A stretch of DNA of 64,000 nucleotides from Deltaproteobacteria bacterium (lineage in GTDB: Bacteria > Myxococcota_A > Polyangia > Polyangiales > JADJMO01). Numbering within the stretch: position 1 is the first letter of the stretch; each line of letters begins with the position of its first letter. Shown in pieces: positions 53,626 to 62,773 of this stretch. The stretch spans positions 30,190 through 94,189 of the forward strand of contig JACPFM010000026.1 in NCBI GenBank assembly GCA_016182965.1, in the 5' to 3' direction. Below the pieces are notes generated by a model, which saw only the letters and a list, made by a program, of their open reading frames with translations, ran no database searches and was not told the origin of the DNA. The position numbers and the translations under genes were made by a program.

Positions 53626-54036
53626 TCAGGCTCTGGGCGGGCGATCGAGGCGGATGTGCAGGAGGCGGTCACGCAGCGGCGTGACCTCGAAGACCTGGGC
53701 GGAGCCGGCGAGCGCGGCGAGCGGCACGAGATCGCCATGCGCGGGCGCGAGGGTCGCGGGCGCGGAGGACCCGCCGGGCGCCGGCAGGCAGCCGTCGGTG
53801 TGCTCGCCCTTCTTGCAGCACGGGCACTCCTTGCGAGTGGTGTCGTCGTGCTTGCAGTGACAGCTGTGGACGCTCTCGGCGATGACCCGGACCACCGCGG
53901 CGGCGGCCGGCGCGGCGGCCGTGCCGAGCACCCCGAACAGCGCGACGCACGCGACCAGCACGCGCAAGACCCGCCGGATGCTCCGGACGAGCTTGGCGCG
54001 GCGCGCGGCGACGCGGGGGTCCATGGCGGTCGACAT
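53626..54036 (-). CDS. small membrane-anchored Cys/His-rich protein (putative metal binding)
   Basis: TM segment VLRVLVACVALFGVLG, then HSCHCKHDDTTRKECPCCKKGEHTDGC. It is the first gene of the cus cluster. Confidence 0.5.
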   Translation of the reverse strand: MSTAMDPRVAARRAKLVRSIRRVLRVLVACVALFGVLGTAAAPAAAAVVRVIAESVHSCHCKHDDTTRKECPCCKKGEHTDGCLPAPGGSSAPATLAPAHGDLVPLAALAGSAQVFEVTPLRDRLLHIRLDRPPRA

Positions 54037-54097
54037 GCTAGTACGGGAACGCGGCAGATGCACGTCGTGTTCCTACCCGGAGCAGGCGGGCGGCCGG

Positions 54098-55366
54098 CTA
54101 GAGCGCGCGCGATGCCGAAATGAGGACTCGCAGCGAGGAAGGCCTGGCGCCGTCAGCGATCGTGTCGGTCGCGCCCCCGATCAGCAGCTCCACGACCCAG
54201 GGCGACTGCACGACGCTTCGCATGCCCACGCTCGCCGAGAGGCGCAAAAGATTCGCAGACAACCCCCTCAGGTGCGCATCGAATGCATTGCCTGCTTCGA
54301 GCAGCACGAAGCCGTCGAGGAAGCTCCAGACCGGGTAGCGCCAGGTCGCCGCCGCGGCGATCGCGCTGCGCCCGACGAGCCTTCCTTCGAGGAACCCGCG
54401 CAGCGGCGCCGCGCCACCGAGGACGACCTGCTCGACGAACGGCGGCGCGCGCCCGCCCGTGGGATCGACGAAGCGGACCGTGCAGGCGAGCTCGACCTCG
54501 CGGCCGCGTCCCGCGCCGAGGAACGCCGCGAGCACGCCGCCCCACCCGATCCATTGGATCCTCTCGGCTGAGGCGGCCGATCCGGCCGCGTGCTCGACGT
54601 CGAGCTGCGCGCGGACGCCGGAGCCGCGGCGCAGCTCGCCGTGGCGACTCGCGCCGACGCGCACGAGCGGACGAGCGTCGAGCACGACCTCGAGGCGCTG
54701 CACGGCGACCGCGTAGTCGTCCATGAACGCGGAGGCCCTCCCGCCGCGCACACCGAACGAGGTCGCGACGGCAAGCCACGGCAGCGGCTGCACCTCGCTG
54801 CCGAGGGCGAGCTTCGCGCGCGTGACGGCGACGCGCGCGCGATGATCGGGCGAGCGCGGGCCGAAGCCGTGGAAGATGACGTCGGGGCGCCGCACGACGT
54901 CGAACGAGGCCGACACCGCGCCGCGCGCCACCGCGTGCAGCGCGGCGGCGCCGAGGGCGAAGCTCGTCGGACCGAACGTGTCGGCGCGCACGTGCAGCAG
55001 GTTCGCGGCGGTGCCCGCCTCGACGTGCGCGCCGAAGCGCGGCTTGAAGCCGAGATCGAGGACGACGATCGGCCGCACGTCGAAGCGATCGCGCGGATCG
55101 GGATCGTCGCCGGCCTTGCGATCGAACGGCAGCACGGCGACGCGCAGCGGCGCGCGGATGCCGAAGTCGTGAACGATCCGCAGCGGGAACAGCAGCACGC
55201 GCGGGATCCAGATCCCGAGCCCCTCGCGAGGTGCGTCACGATCCGGGCGACCGTCGTAGTCGGGCAGCGCCCGCTTCGGGGGGTCCGCGGCGGCCGCGGC
55301 GCCTTCGTCCGCGGTCACGAGCCCGAGCGCGACCAGCGCCGTCGCGATCCTGCGGAGCACGCCCAC
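54098..55366 (-). CDS. Omp85/BamA-superfamily-like outer-membrane beta-barrel protein
   Basis: Signal-like N-terminus. The C-terminal LRGFLEGRLVGRS...WRYPVWSFLDGFVLLEAGNAF resembles the Omp85 barrel end. Confidence 0.5.
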   Translation of the reverse strand: MGVLRRIATALVALGLVTADEGAAAAADPPKRALPDYDGRPDRDAPREGLGIWIPRVLLFPLRIVHDFGIRAPLRVAVLPFDRKAGDDPDPRDRFDVRPIVVLDLGFKPRFGAHVEAGTAANLLHVRADTFGPTSFALGAAALHAVARGAVSASFDVVRRPDVIFHGFGPRSPDHRARVAVTRAKLALGSEVQPLPWLAVATSFGVRGGRASAFMDDYAVAVQRLEVVLDARPLVRVGASRHGELRRGSGVRAQLDVEHAAGSAASAERIQWIGWGGVLAAFLGAGRGREVELACTVRFVDPTGGRAPPFVEQVVLGGAAPLRGFLEGRLVGRSAIAAAATWRYPVWSFLDGFVLLEAGNAFDAHLRGLSANLLRLSASVGMRSVVQSPWVVELLIGGATDTIADGARPSSLRVLISASRAL

Positions 55367-55421
55367 CTGCCCGATGGATGACCGCCGCGCGGCCGCGTCG
55401 CGCAGTACGCTATGAGCGCCC

Positions 55422-56084
55422 TCAGCTGCGCGCGGCGAGCCGCGCCTCGACGTCGAGCAGCATCGCGGCGAGGTCCTCGTTGTCCGGCTCCTTCATCGTC
55501 GCGAGCTGCAGCTGCAGGCGCGCCTTCTTCAGATCGCCGGCGGCGAGCTGCGCGTCGGCCTCCGCGGCGAACGGCGCGGCCGCGGCCGTCTTCACCGCTT
55601 GCCGCGCGGTGTCCGGGCGCTTGCGCTCGCCCTTCTCGGCGTGCGCGATCTCCTCGGGCGACATGCGCAGCGTGCCGGCCTCGAGGAGGCGGTAGTACCG
55701 CTGGCGGAGCGAGACGTCGCGCAGGACGCGATAGGCCTCGGCGCCGCGCCGGAACACCGCGAGCGCGGCCTCGCGCACGTCGTGGGGCGCGTCGGCGTAC
55801 GAGTCGGGGTGGAAGCGCTCGGCGAAGGTGTGGAACGCGTCGATGATCTCTTCGTCGTTCGGACCCGGCTCGCCCTCGCGCGGCGGCGCCAGATCGAGCA
55901 GCGCGAGGTAGTCGGCCTGATCGAGCGCCTCGGCCCACGAGAGCACCAGGTGGTGATCCTCGGGGACCACGAGATCGACGGCGTCGAGATCGAGCGGCAT
56001 CGTGTTGATGCGCCCGGCGGGCCGCGGCTGGCTCGGGTTGGCCTGCGACGGGCGCGGCGGGAGGCTGGAGCGACGATCGACCAT
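55422..56084 (-). CDS. J-domain-like co-chaperone with TPR-like tail
   Basis: DYLALLDL...IIDAFHTFAERFHPDSY (HPD motif) ...AYRVLRD...RQRYY. Confidence 0.65.
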   Translation of the reverse strand: MVDRRSSLPPRPSQANPSQPRPAGRINTMPLDLDAVDLVVPEDHHLVLSWAEALDQADYLALLDLAPPREGEPGPNDEEIIDAFHTFAERFHPDSYADAPHDVREAALAVFRRGAEAYRVLRDVSLRQRYYRLLEAGTLRMSPEEIAHAEKGERKRPDTARQAVKTAAAAPFAAEADAQLAAGDLKKARLQLQLATMKEPDNEDLAAMLLDVEARLAARS

Positions 56085-56090
56085 GGATCC

Positions 56091-57710
56091 TCAGGACGTC
56101 CTTCCGACCTTCAAGGTCGCAGAGACGGCGCGCGCGGTCTCCGGATCGCGCGCCGACACCTGGAGGATGCCGTCCGCGTCGAGCGCGAACGTCACCTCGA
56201 CCTGCACCTCGCCGCGTCGTGCTTCTCGCAGGCCGTCGAGCGACAGCTCGCCAAGCAGCACGTTCTCGCCGAGGCTGCGCCCCTCGCCCTGGAACACCCG
56301 CACCGTGATCGCGCCCTGCCCGTCCTTCGCGGTCGTGAAGATGCGCGTCTGCGAGCAGGGCACCGCGGTGTTGCGCTCGATCACCGGCTCGACGAACCCG
56401 CTCACCGTCTCGACGCCGAGGGTCAGCGGGGTGACGTCGACCAGGAGCGGTCCCGCGCGCTGCGCGCGGCCGGGGAACGCGCTCGGCAGCGCCGGGTTGC
56501 GCCTCCCGGACGCCGTCCGCGCCGACTCGGAGCGAGGCTCGCCGTGCTCGGGTCGCTCGTGGCGCACCAGCGCGTCGGCCTGGATGGCGGCGCCGATCGC
56601 GACGACCTCGTCGGGGTCGAGATCGGTGCGCGGCGGGCGCTGGAAGAACTGCTCGATCTTGCGGCGGACCAGCGGGATGCGCGTCGAACCGCCGACCAGG
56701 AGCACGTCGCCGAAGTCGCCGATGCCGAGCTTCGCGACGGCGAGCGCCTCGCGGCACACCTCGATCGAGCGTTCGACGAGCGGCGCGGCGAGGCGCTCGA
56801 ACGACGCGCGCCGCACCAGGATGGTCGCGCCGATCGGGTGCCCGTCGGCGAAGGCGGCGAGATCGCGGAAGGTGATCTCCACCTCCTCGCGATCGGAGAG
56901 GGCGATCTTCACCTGCTCTGCGTCGGTCGACAGCCGCTCCATCACCTGAACGTCGCCGCGCGGATCGAAGCGCGTCTGCTTGAGGATCTCGGCGCGCAGT
57001 TCGTCGACGATGAGCAGATCGAGATCGTCGCCGCCGAGGAAGCTGTCGCCGGCGGTGCCGAGGACCTCGAAGACGTTGCTCGACAGATCGAGCAGCGTGA
57101 GATCGAACGTGCCGCCGCCGAGGTCGTAGACGGCCACGCGCTCGTGCGCGCCCGGCGAGGTGCGCCCGAGACCGTACGCCAGCGCGGCCGCGGTCGGCTC
57201 GTTGAGGATGCGCAAGACGCGGAGGCCCGCCTCGGAGCCGGCCGCCTTGGTCGCGGCGCGCTGCCGATCGTTGAACGACGCGGGCACGGTGATCACCGCC
57301 GCGTCGACCGTCCCACCGAGGACCTTCTCCGCGAGCTTCTTGGCGCGCTGGAGCACGAACGCGCTGATCGTGTGGAGATCGAAGGTGCGGCCGCGCGACA
57401 CCACCAGCGGCAGGCCATGGGCGCCCTCCTTCAGATCGAACGGCAGGTAGGTGCGGGCCCGCACCACCTCCTCGCTGCTCCACGCGCGACCGATGAGGCG
57501 CTTGACCGAGTGGATGGTGTTCTGCGCGTCGATCCGGCGCCGCTCGCGCGCGCGACGACCCACCAGGACGCCACCGTTCGGGGGAAACGCAACGACGCTC
57601 GGGATCAGCCGGTCGCCCGCGTCGTCCGAGAGGACGCGGGCCGTGCCGTCGACCACCGCCGCGACGACGGTGTTCGTCGTGCCGAGATCGATTCCGACCG
57701 CGTGGCCCAT
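56091..57710 (-). CDS. Hsp70-family ATPase (non-canonical DnaK paralogue)
   Basis: [31 protein letters not shown]. About 540 aa, with no canonical EEVD-type tail. Confidence 0.85.
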   Translation of the reverse strand: MGHAVGIDLGTTNTVVAAVVDGTARVLSDDAGDRLIPSVVAFPPNGGVLVGRRARERRRIDAQNTIHSVKRLIGRAWSSEEVVRARTYLPFDLKEGAHGLPLVVSRGRTFDLHTISAFVLQRAKKLAEKVLGGTVDAAVITVPASFNDRQRAATKAAGSEAGLRVLRILNEPTAAALAYGLGRTSPGAHERVAVYDLGGGTFDLTLLDLSSNVFEVLGTAGDSFLGGDDLDLLIVDELRAEILKQTRFDPRGDVQVMERLSTDAEQVKIALSDREEVEITFRDLAAFADGHPIGATILVRRASFERLAAPLVERSIEVCREALAVAKLGIGDFGDVLLVGGSTRIPLVRRKIEQFFQRPPRTDLDPDEVVAIGAAIQADALVRHERPEHGEPRSESARTASGRRNPALPSAFPGRAQRAGPLLVDVTPLTLGVETVSGFVEPVIERNTAVPCSQTRIFTTAKDGQGAITVRVFQGEGRSLGENVLLGELSLDGLREARRGEVQVEVTFALDADGILQVSARDPETARAVSATLKVGRTS

Positions 57711-57783
57711 GGACGCAGGAGGATACACTCGGGACCCGGCGCCGAGCGCGTACACTGAACGATCTTTGGGTTAGCATGTCGCC

Positions 57784-60700
57784 GTGGACCAGCTGCTCCC
57801 GGTCGTCACCGCGACGCTGACCACGCCGGAGGAGGTCGCCGAGGCGATCGAGCGCGCGCTCGCGGACGGCGTGGCGCTGCTCGCGCTCGACGCGCCCGTG
57901 GAGCCGCACACGCATTACGCCGTCGATCTGGTGGCGCCCGGCGCCGCTCCGATGACCCTCCTCGGCATCCTCGCGGGCGAGACGGTGCTCGGCTACACGC
58001 CAATGCGCCTGTCGCCGCTCGGCGACGACCAGATCGACGAGCTGCACGCGTTCCTCGAGCGGCACAGCGTCGGACCGGAGAGCGGACGCGGCCCGAGCGG
58101 GCGCTACCCCGCGCCGGGTCGGAGCGGCGAGTGGCAGGGCAAGCGGCGGACGACCGCGTCCACGCCGCCCGGGACGCCCGAAGGCGAGGACGCGACGCCC
58201 GAGCGCCTCGTCGGCCAGGTCCTCGGCGGCAAGTACCGCATCGAGTCGGTGCTCGGCGGCGGCGCGATGGGCATGGTCTACCGCGCGCGGCACGTCGCCC
58301 TCGACAAACCGCTCGCGATCAAGGTCCTCCACCGCCGCTTCCAGCAGGACACGCAGTTCGCCGAGCGCTTCCACCGCGAGGCGCTCGCCGCGAGCCGGCT
58401 CGATCACCCGAACGTGCTGCGGGTGGTCGACTTCGGCGACGAGGACGGCCTGCTCTACATCGCGATGGAGCTGCTGACCGGGCGCGATCTGCGGACGATC
58501 CTCGCAGAGGAGCGCTCGCTCGCGCCCGTGCGCGCGATCGAGATCATGAGCCAGATCTGCGCGGGCCTCGCGGTCGCGCACGAGGCCGGCATCGTCCACC
58601 GCGACATCAAGCCCGAGAACATCGTCGTCACCTCCGGGCGCGACGACGAGGGGCGCCTCGTCGAGCAGGTGAAGGTCTGCGATTTCGGCATCGCCGCCGT
58701 GAGCGGCGCGCAGGGCCTGACGAGCCGCTCGGGTCGGCGGCTCACCGAGGAGGGCGCGATCTGCGGCACGCCGGAGTACATGGCCCCCGAACAGGCGCGC
58801 GGTCGAGACGTCGACGCGCGGGCGGACATCTACGCCTGCGGCGTGATGCTCTACGAGATGGCGACGGGGAACGTCCCCTTCACCGGGCCCGATTTCGTCT
58901 CGGTGCTCGTCGCGCACGTGACGCTCGACCCACGCCCGCCCTCGTCGATCGACGCGGCGATCGATCGCCGCTTCGAGCACGTCATCCTGCGGGCGCTGGC
59001 CAAGGATCCCCGGGCGCGCTACCAGACCGCGCGCGAGGTGCGCGCCGAGCTGCGCGCGATCCTCGAGAGCACGCCGAGCGTGCTCCCGGTGACGCGGCAG
59101 TCGCGACGGGAAGCGGCGACGCTCCCGCCCTTCGCCGCGGCTCCCGAGCGCACGCCGCCGTCGCAGCCCGAGGTGGCGCGCCCGCTGTCGGCCGGCCCCC
59201 TCGAGGACCCGCAGGCGCAGTTCCCCGAGTTCTTCGTGGCGTTCACCGCCGCCGTCGCGCGCACCAGCTACTACGAGCGCGGTCACCCGGAGTTCGTCCG
59301 CGCGATGTCCCGCCTGGTCGCCACCATGGGCCCGCCGCTCGCCGGGCGCGGCGAGCTGTCGTTCGCGCGCATCGATCTGCCGACGGGCGCGATCGATCTG
59401 CAGGTCCTCACCGGTCTCGGCGAGCTGCTCGATCTCAAGCGCGTGCTGCCCCCGAGCATCGCGTCCTCGCACGGGCCGCGGCTCGCGGAGGCGTTCGCGC
59501 GCAAGCACCTCGTGACGCTGACCATCAAGGAGGGGATCGACGCCGGCGACATGGCCGACATGGTGGAGCTGCTCTGCGGGCCGGAGATCCCGGTCGAGCA
59601 GCTGAAGTCGCAGTTCCTCGCCTGCGGGATGCGCCACGTCTCGGCGCTCTTCACCGGCGACCTGCTCGGCCGCGAGCGCCGCCTGCCCTGGCAGGTCGAT
59701 CTGTGCATCTCGCGCCTCGCCCGCGATCTGCGCGCGCTGCCGCTGCTGCGAGGCCTCGATTTCGCCGGGCTGCGGCGCCTGCGCACCCAGCTCATCGGCG
59801 ACGTGCTGCGCATGCTGCGCGGCGCCGATCAGGTCCGGCTGCTGCTCGCCAACGCCGACCTCATCGCCGCGTCCACGCGGCACGTCGCGGAGCTCGCCGA
59901 TCTCGATCTCGCCACCGCGATCATCGACGCCCTGCCCCAGCCGCTGTGCGTGCGCCTCGCGAGCCTCGTGCTCGACGAGCTCGAGGCCGACGCGCTCGCC
60001 GGCGAGGCGCGCAAGCCGCCGGTCGGGCACGGGCCGAGCGCGCGTCGCATCGTGCAGATCCTCGGCGCGCGCTTCGTGCGCCTGCGCACGGTCGAGAGCG
60101 ACGAGGTGCTGCGCCTGCTCCACGATCGCGCGGTCGTCGCCTTCGACGAGCTCCCCGCCGATCTGCAGGCGTGGGTGCAGGCCGAGCGCGAGGCCGGCGC
60201 CCTCACGCGCGATCCCGATCAGATCCTGCGCACGCTCGACACCGACAGCGACGAGGCGTTCGCGACCGCGCTGCACACCGCCGGCCTGGCCATGCGCGTG
60301 CTCGCGCGGCGCGGGGAGGCCGTCGCGCTCTACGTGATCGTCACCCGTCTCGAGCAGCTCGCGCGGGGCGGCGCGTCCAGGTCCCGGGCTAGCCTCGCGC
60401 AGAAGGCGCTGCGCGCGATCGCCGATCCCGAGGTGCTCGGCACGATCGCCGACGCCTTCCTCTCGGGGCCGGCCGACGTGCGTCCCTCCGCCCGCGGCAT
60501 CCTGCTCACCGCCGCCGAGGCGGGCGCGCAGGCCCTCATCGAGGGGCGCGGGCGCAGCGCCGAGAAGGTCGGGCGCGGGCGGTTCGTCGAGGCCATGCGC
60601 GAGCTCGGCGCACGCGCGCAGGCGGCGCTGCTCGCGAGCCTGCGCACCCGCGACGCGGCCGATCCCGACGCCGCGCTCGTCGAGGACCTGCTCCGCGCCA

Positions 60701-61248
60701 TCGCCGAGGTGCAGGACGACGCGCTCGGGACCGAGGTCACGCGCTTCCTTCAGCACCGGGTCCCCGCGGTGCGCCGCGCGGCGACCTCGGCGATCACGGC
60801 GCTCTGGCACCTGCGGGCGCGTCACGCGCTGGTTCAGGCGCTCGACGACGTCGACGAGAGCGTGCGCATGGTGGCGATCACCGGCCTCAAGAAGATCGGC
60901 GCCGTCGATCCCGACGTGGTGCGGCGGCTCGGCAAGGTGCTCGGCATGGGCACCACGGCGAGCGACGAGCTCCGCGCGGTCGCGGCGGCCGCGCTCGGCG
61001 CGGCGCAGCTCGCCGGGCGCGAGGAGGCGGTCGCCATCCTCGCCCGGGCGATCGAGCCGCGCAGCCGCAGCGTGGTGTCGATGTTCCGCGGCGCCGACGC
61101 GGAGTCGGACTCGACCATCCTCGTCGAGACCATCGCCCGCTCGCTGATCGCCATTGGCGGCGAAGAGGGGCGCAAGGCGGTCGAGAAGCGCGCCGGAAAG
61201 AGCGGCGCCGAGCTGCGCGCCAAGCTCGGGGCGATTCTCAGGCAATGA
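57784..61248 (+). CDS. Ser/Thr protein kinase with long C-terminal HEAT/ARM-like repeat region
   Basis: GTG start. GGGAMGMVY, AIKVL, HRDIKPENI, DFG, TPEYMAPEQ. The C-terminal helical repeats include PAVRRAATSAI and ESVRMVAITGL. Confidence 0.85.
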   Translation: MDQLLPVVTATLTTPEEVAEAIERALADGVALLALDAPVEPHTHYAVDLVAPGAAPMTLLGILAGETVLGYTPMRLSPLGDDQIDELHAFLERHSVGPESGRGPSGRYPAPGRSGEWQGKRRTTASTPPGTPEGEDATPERLVGQVLGGKYRIESVLGGGAMGMVYRARHVALDKPLAIKVLHRRFQQDTQFAERFHREALAASRLDHPNVLRVVDFGDEDGLLYIAMELLTGRDLRTILAEERSLAPVRAIEIMSQICAGLAVAHEAGIVHRDIKPENIVVTSGRDDEGRLVEQVKVCDFGIAAVSGAQGLTSRSGRRLTEEGAICGTPEYMAPEQARGRDVDARADIYACGVMLYEMATGNVPFTGPDFVSVLVAHVTLDPRPPSSIDAAIDRRFEHVILRALAKDPRARYQTAREVRAELRAILESTPSVLPVTRQSRREAATLPPFAAAPERTPPSQPEVARPLSAGPLEDPQAQFPEFFVAFTAAVARTSYYERGHPEFVRAMSRLVATMGPPLAGRGELSFARIDLPTGAIDLQVLTGLGELLDLKRVLPPSIASSHGPRLAEAFARKHLVTLTIKEGIDAGDMADMVELLCGPEIPVEQLKSQFLACGMRHVSALFTGDLLGRERRLPWQVDLCISRLARDLRALPLLRGLDFAGLRRLRTQLIGDVLRMLRGADQVRLLLANADLIAASTRHVAELADLDLATAIIDALPQPLCVRLASLVLDELEADALAGEARKPPVGHGPSARRIVQILGARFVRLRTVESDEVLRLLHDRAVVAFDELPADLQAWVQAEREAGALTRDPDQILRTLDTDSDEAFATALHTAGLAMRVLARRGEAVALYVIVTRLEQLARGGASRSRASLAQKALRAIADPEVLGTIADAFLSGPADVRPSARGILLTAAEAGAQALIEGRGRSAEKVGRGRFVEAMRELGARAQAALLASLRTRDAADPDAALVEDLLRAIAEVQDDALGTEVTRFLQHRVPAVRRAATSAITALWHLRARHALVQALDDVDESVRMVAITGLKKIGAVDPDVVRRLGKVLGMGTTASDELRAVAAAALGAAQLAGREEAVAILARAIEPRSRSVVSMFRGADAESDSTILVETIARSLIAIGGEEGRKAVEKRAGKSGAELRAKLGAILRQ

Positions 61249-61252
61249 GGCG

Positions 61253-62260
61253 ATGAGGGCGATGAGCGCGATGAGGGCGATGAGCTACCGCGCGCCGGGC
61301 CCGCTCCGCGGCGTGTACCTGCTCGCACCGGGGCTGCACTTCCTCGGCCCCGACGACCCGCGCCTCGATCGGTTCTGCCGGATCCTCGCGAGCTCGGGCG
61401 CGCTGGTGCTCGCGCCGTTCCTCCCGGATCACGTCGCGCTGCGCGTGACGCCGCACACCACCGACGACCTCGCCGCCGCGTTCGACGAGGCCGAGGCCAT
61501 CGCGCGCGCCGAGCGGCTGCCGCGGCCGGCCGTGTTCAGCATCTCCTTCGGCTCGCAGCCGGCCATCGCGCTGGCCGGGCGCGACAGCCACCGCGATCGC
61601 GTCGGCGCGCTGGTCCTCTTCGGCGGGTTCGCCGAGTTCGCCGAGACCGTCCGCTTCTGCCTCACCGGCCGCGCGGAGCACGCGGGCGAGCGACTGCAGA
61701 TGTCGCACGATCCGCTCAACGCGCCGGTGGTCTGGCTGCACCTGCTCGACCTCGTCGACGTGCGGTGCGATCGGGCCGCGGTGGAGCGCGCGCTCCGCGT
61801 CATGGTCGAGCGCACCTGGGGGCGCGCAGAGCTCAAGGCGAAGGGGGCGCGCGATCCCATCGCCCACGCGATCGCCGCCGGGCTGTCGCCGGAGGATCGC
61901 GAGGTGTTCCTGCTCGGCTGCGGCCTGCGCGAGGGCGCTCCGGCGTGGCTCGAGCGCGCGCGCGAGCGGCTCGAGGCCGCGTACGCGTTCACCGATCCGC
62001 GGCCCCACCTCGCGCGCGTCCGCGCGCCGGTCGCCATCCTGCACGGGCGCGACGACGACGTGATCCCCTGGTTCGAGGCCCACAAGCTCCGCGCGGCGCT
62101 GCCGCCGTCGCACCCGGCGCGCACGCTGCTCACCGGGATGTACGGCCACACCGGGGCGGCGGCGATCGATCCCCGCGCGCTCGGGCGCGAGCTCGCGAGC
62201 ATGATCGAAATCGCTCGGACCCTCGTGCAGGCGCCGGCCGGAGGCTGGACGAACGGTTGA
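61253..62260 (+). CDS. alpha/beta-hydrolase-fold protein
   Basis: Layout with SISFGS (nucleophile-elbow-like), ILHGRDDDVIP and a distal GHTG. Four in-frame ATGs lie at 61253-61280. Confidence 0.6.
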   Translation: MRAMSAMRAMSYRAPGPLRGVYLLAPGLHFLGPDDPRLDRFCRILASSGALVLAPFLPDHVALRVTPHTTDDLAAAFDEAEAIARAERLPRPAVFSISFGSQPAIALAGRDSHRDRVGALVLFGGFAEFAETVRFCLTGRAEHAGERLQMSHDPLNAPVVWLHLLDLVDVRCDRAAVERALRVMVERTWGRAELKAKGARDPIAHAIAAGLSPEDREVFLLGCGLREGAPAWLERARERLEAAYAFTDPRPHLARVRAPVAILHGRDDDVIPWFEAHKLRAALPPSHPARTLLTGMYGHTGAAAIDPRALGRELASMIEIARTLVQAPAGGWTNG

Positions 62261-62310
62261 CGCCGGCATTCTTGCTTGCGGCGCCCGCGCCGCACGACCA
62301 ACCGGAGGTC

Positions 62311-62757
62311 ATGCGCGCGCTCCGCCACGTCCTCCTCGCCCTCGGCGCGACAGTCGCCCTGAGCCACGCGGTGTCGTCCTGCACGCCCCCGCCCGCCGCG
62401 CCGGCCGAGTCGCCGGCCGCCACCAAGGCAGCGCAGCTCGAGAAGATCGATCTGGTGGTCGGCACCGGAGCCGAGGCGCACAAGGGCTCGGCCGTCTCGG
62501 TGCACTACGTCGGCCAGCTGCAGGACGGCACCGTGTTCGACAGCTCGCGCGCCCGCGATCAGCCGTTCACCTTCATCATCGGTCAGGGCAAGGTCATCCG
62601 CGGCTGGGAGCAGGGCGTGCCCGGCATGCGCGTCGGCGGCAAGCGCAAGCTCATCGTGCCGCCGCAGCTCGGGTACGGCGAGGACGGGCAGCCGCCCAAG
62701 ATCCCGGGAAACGCCACGCTCGTGTTCGAGATCGAGCTGCTCCACGTCGTCGACTGA
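62311..62757 (+). CDS. FKBP-type peptidyl-prolyl isomerase lipoprotein
   Basis: Lipobox-like AVSSC. VHYVGQLQDGTVFDSS...FIIGQGKVIRGWEQG...GGKRKLIVPPQLGYG...LVFEIELL. Confidence 0.9.
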   Translation: MRALRHVLLALGATVALSHAVSSCTPPPAAPAESPAATKAAQLEKIDLVVGTGAEAHKGSAVSVHYVGQLQDGTVFDSSRARDQPFTFIIGQGKVIRGWEQGVPGMRVGGKRKLIVPPQLGYGEDGQPPKIPGNATLVFEIELLHVVD

Positions 62758-62773
62758 CCGCGCGCGCCCTACC

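Noticed and set aside
55315-61245. 1976-aa minus-strand ORF, the longest in the track
   Set aside because: It is antisense to the Hsp70, J-domain and kinase genes. Its translation is Arg/Ala/Gly/Pro-rich with no motifs, while the opposite-strand frames carry clear Hsp70 and kinase signatures. This is the typical high-GC shadow ORF.
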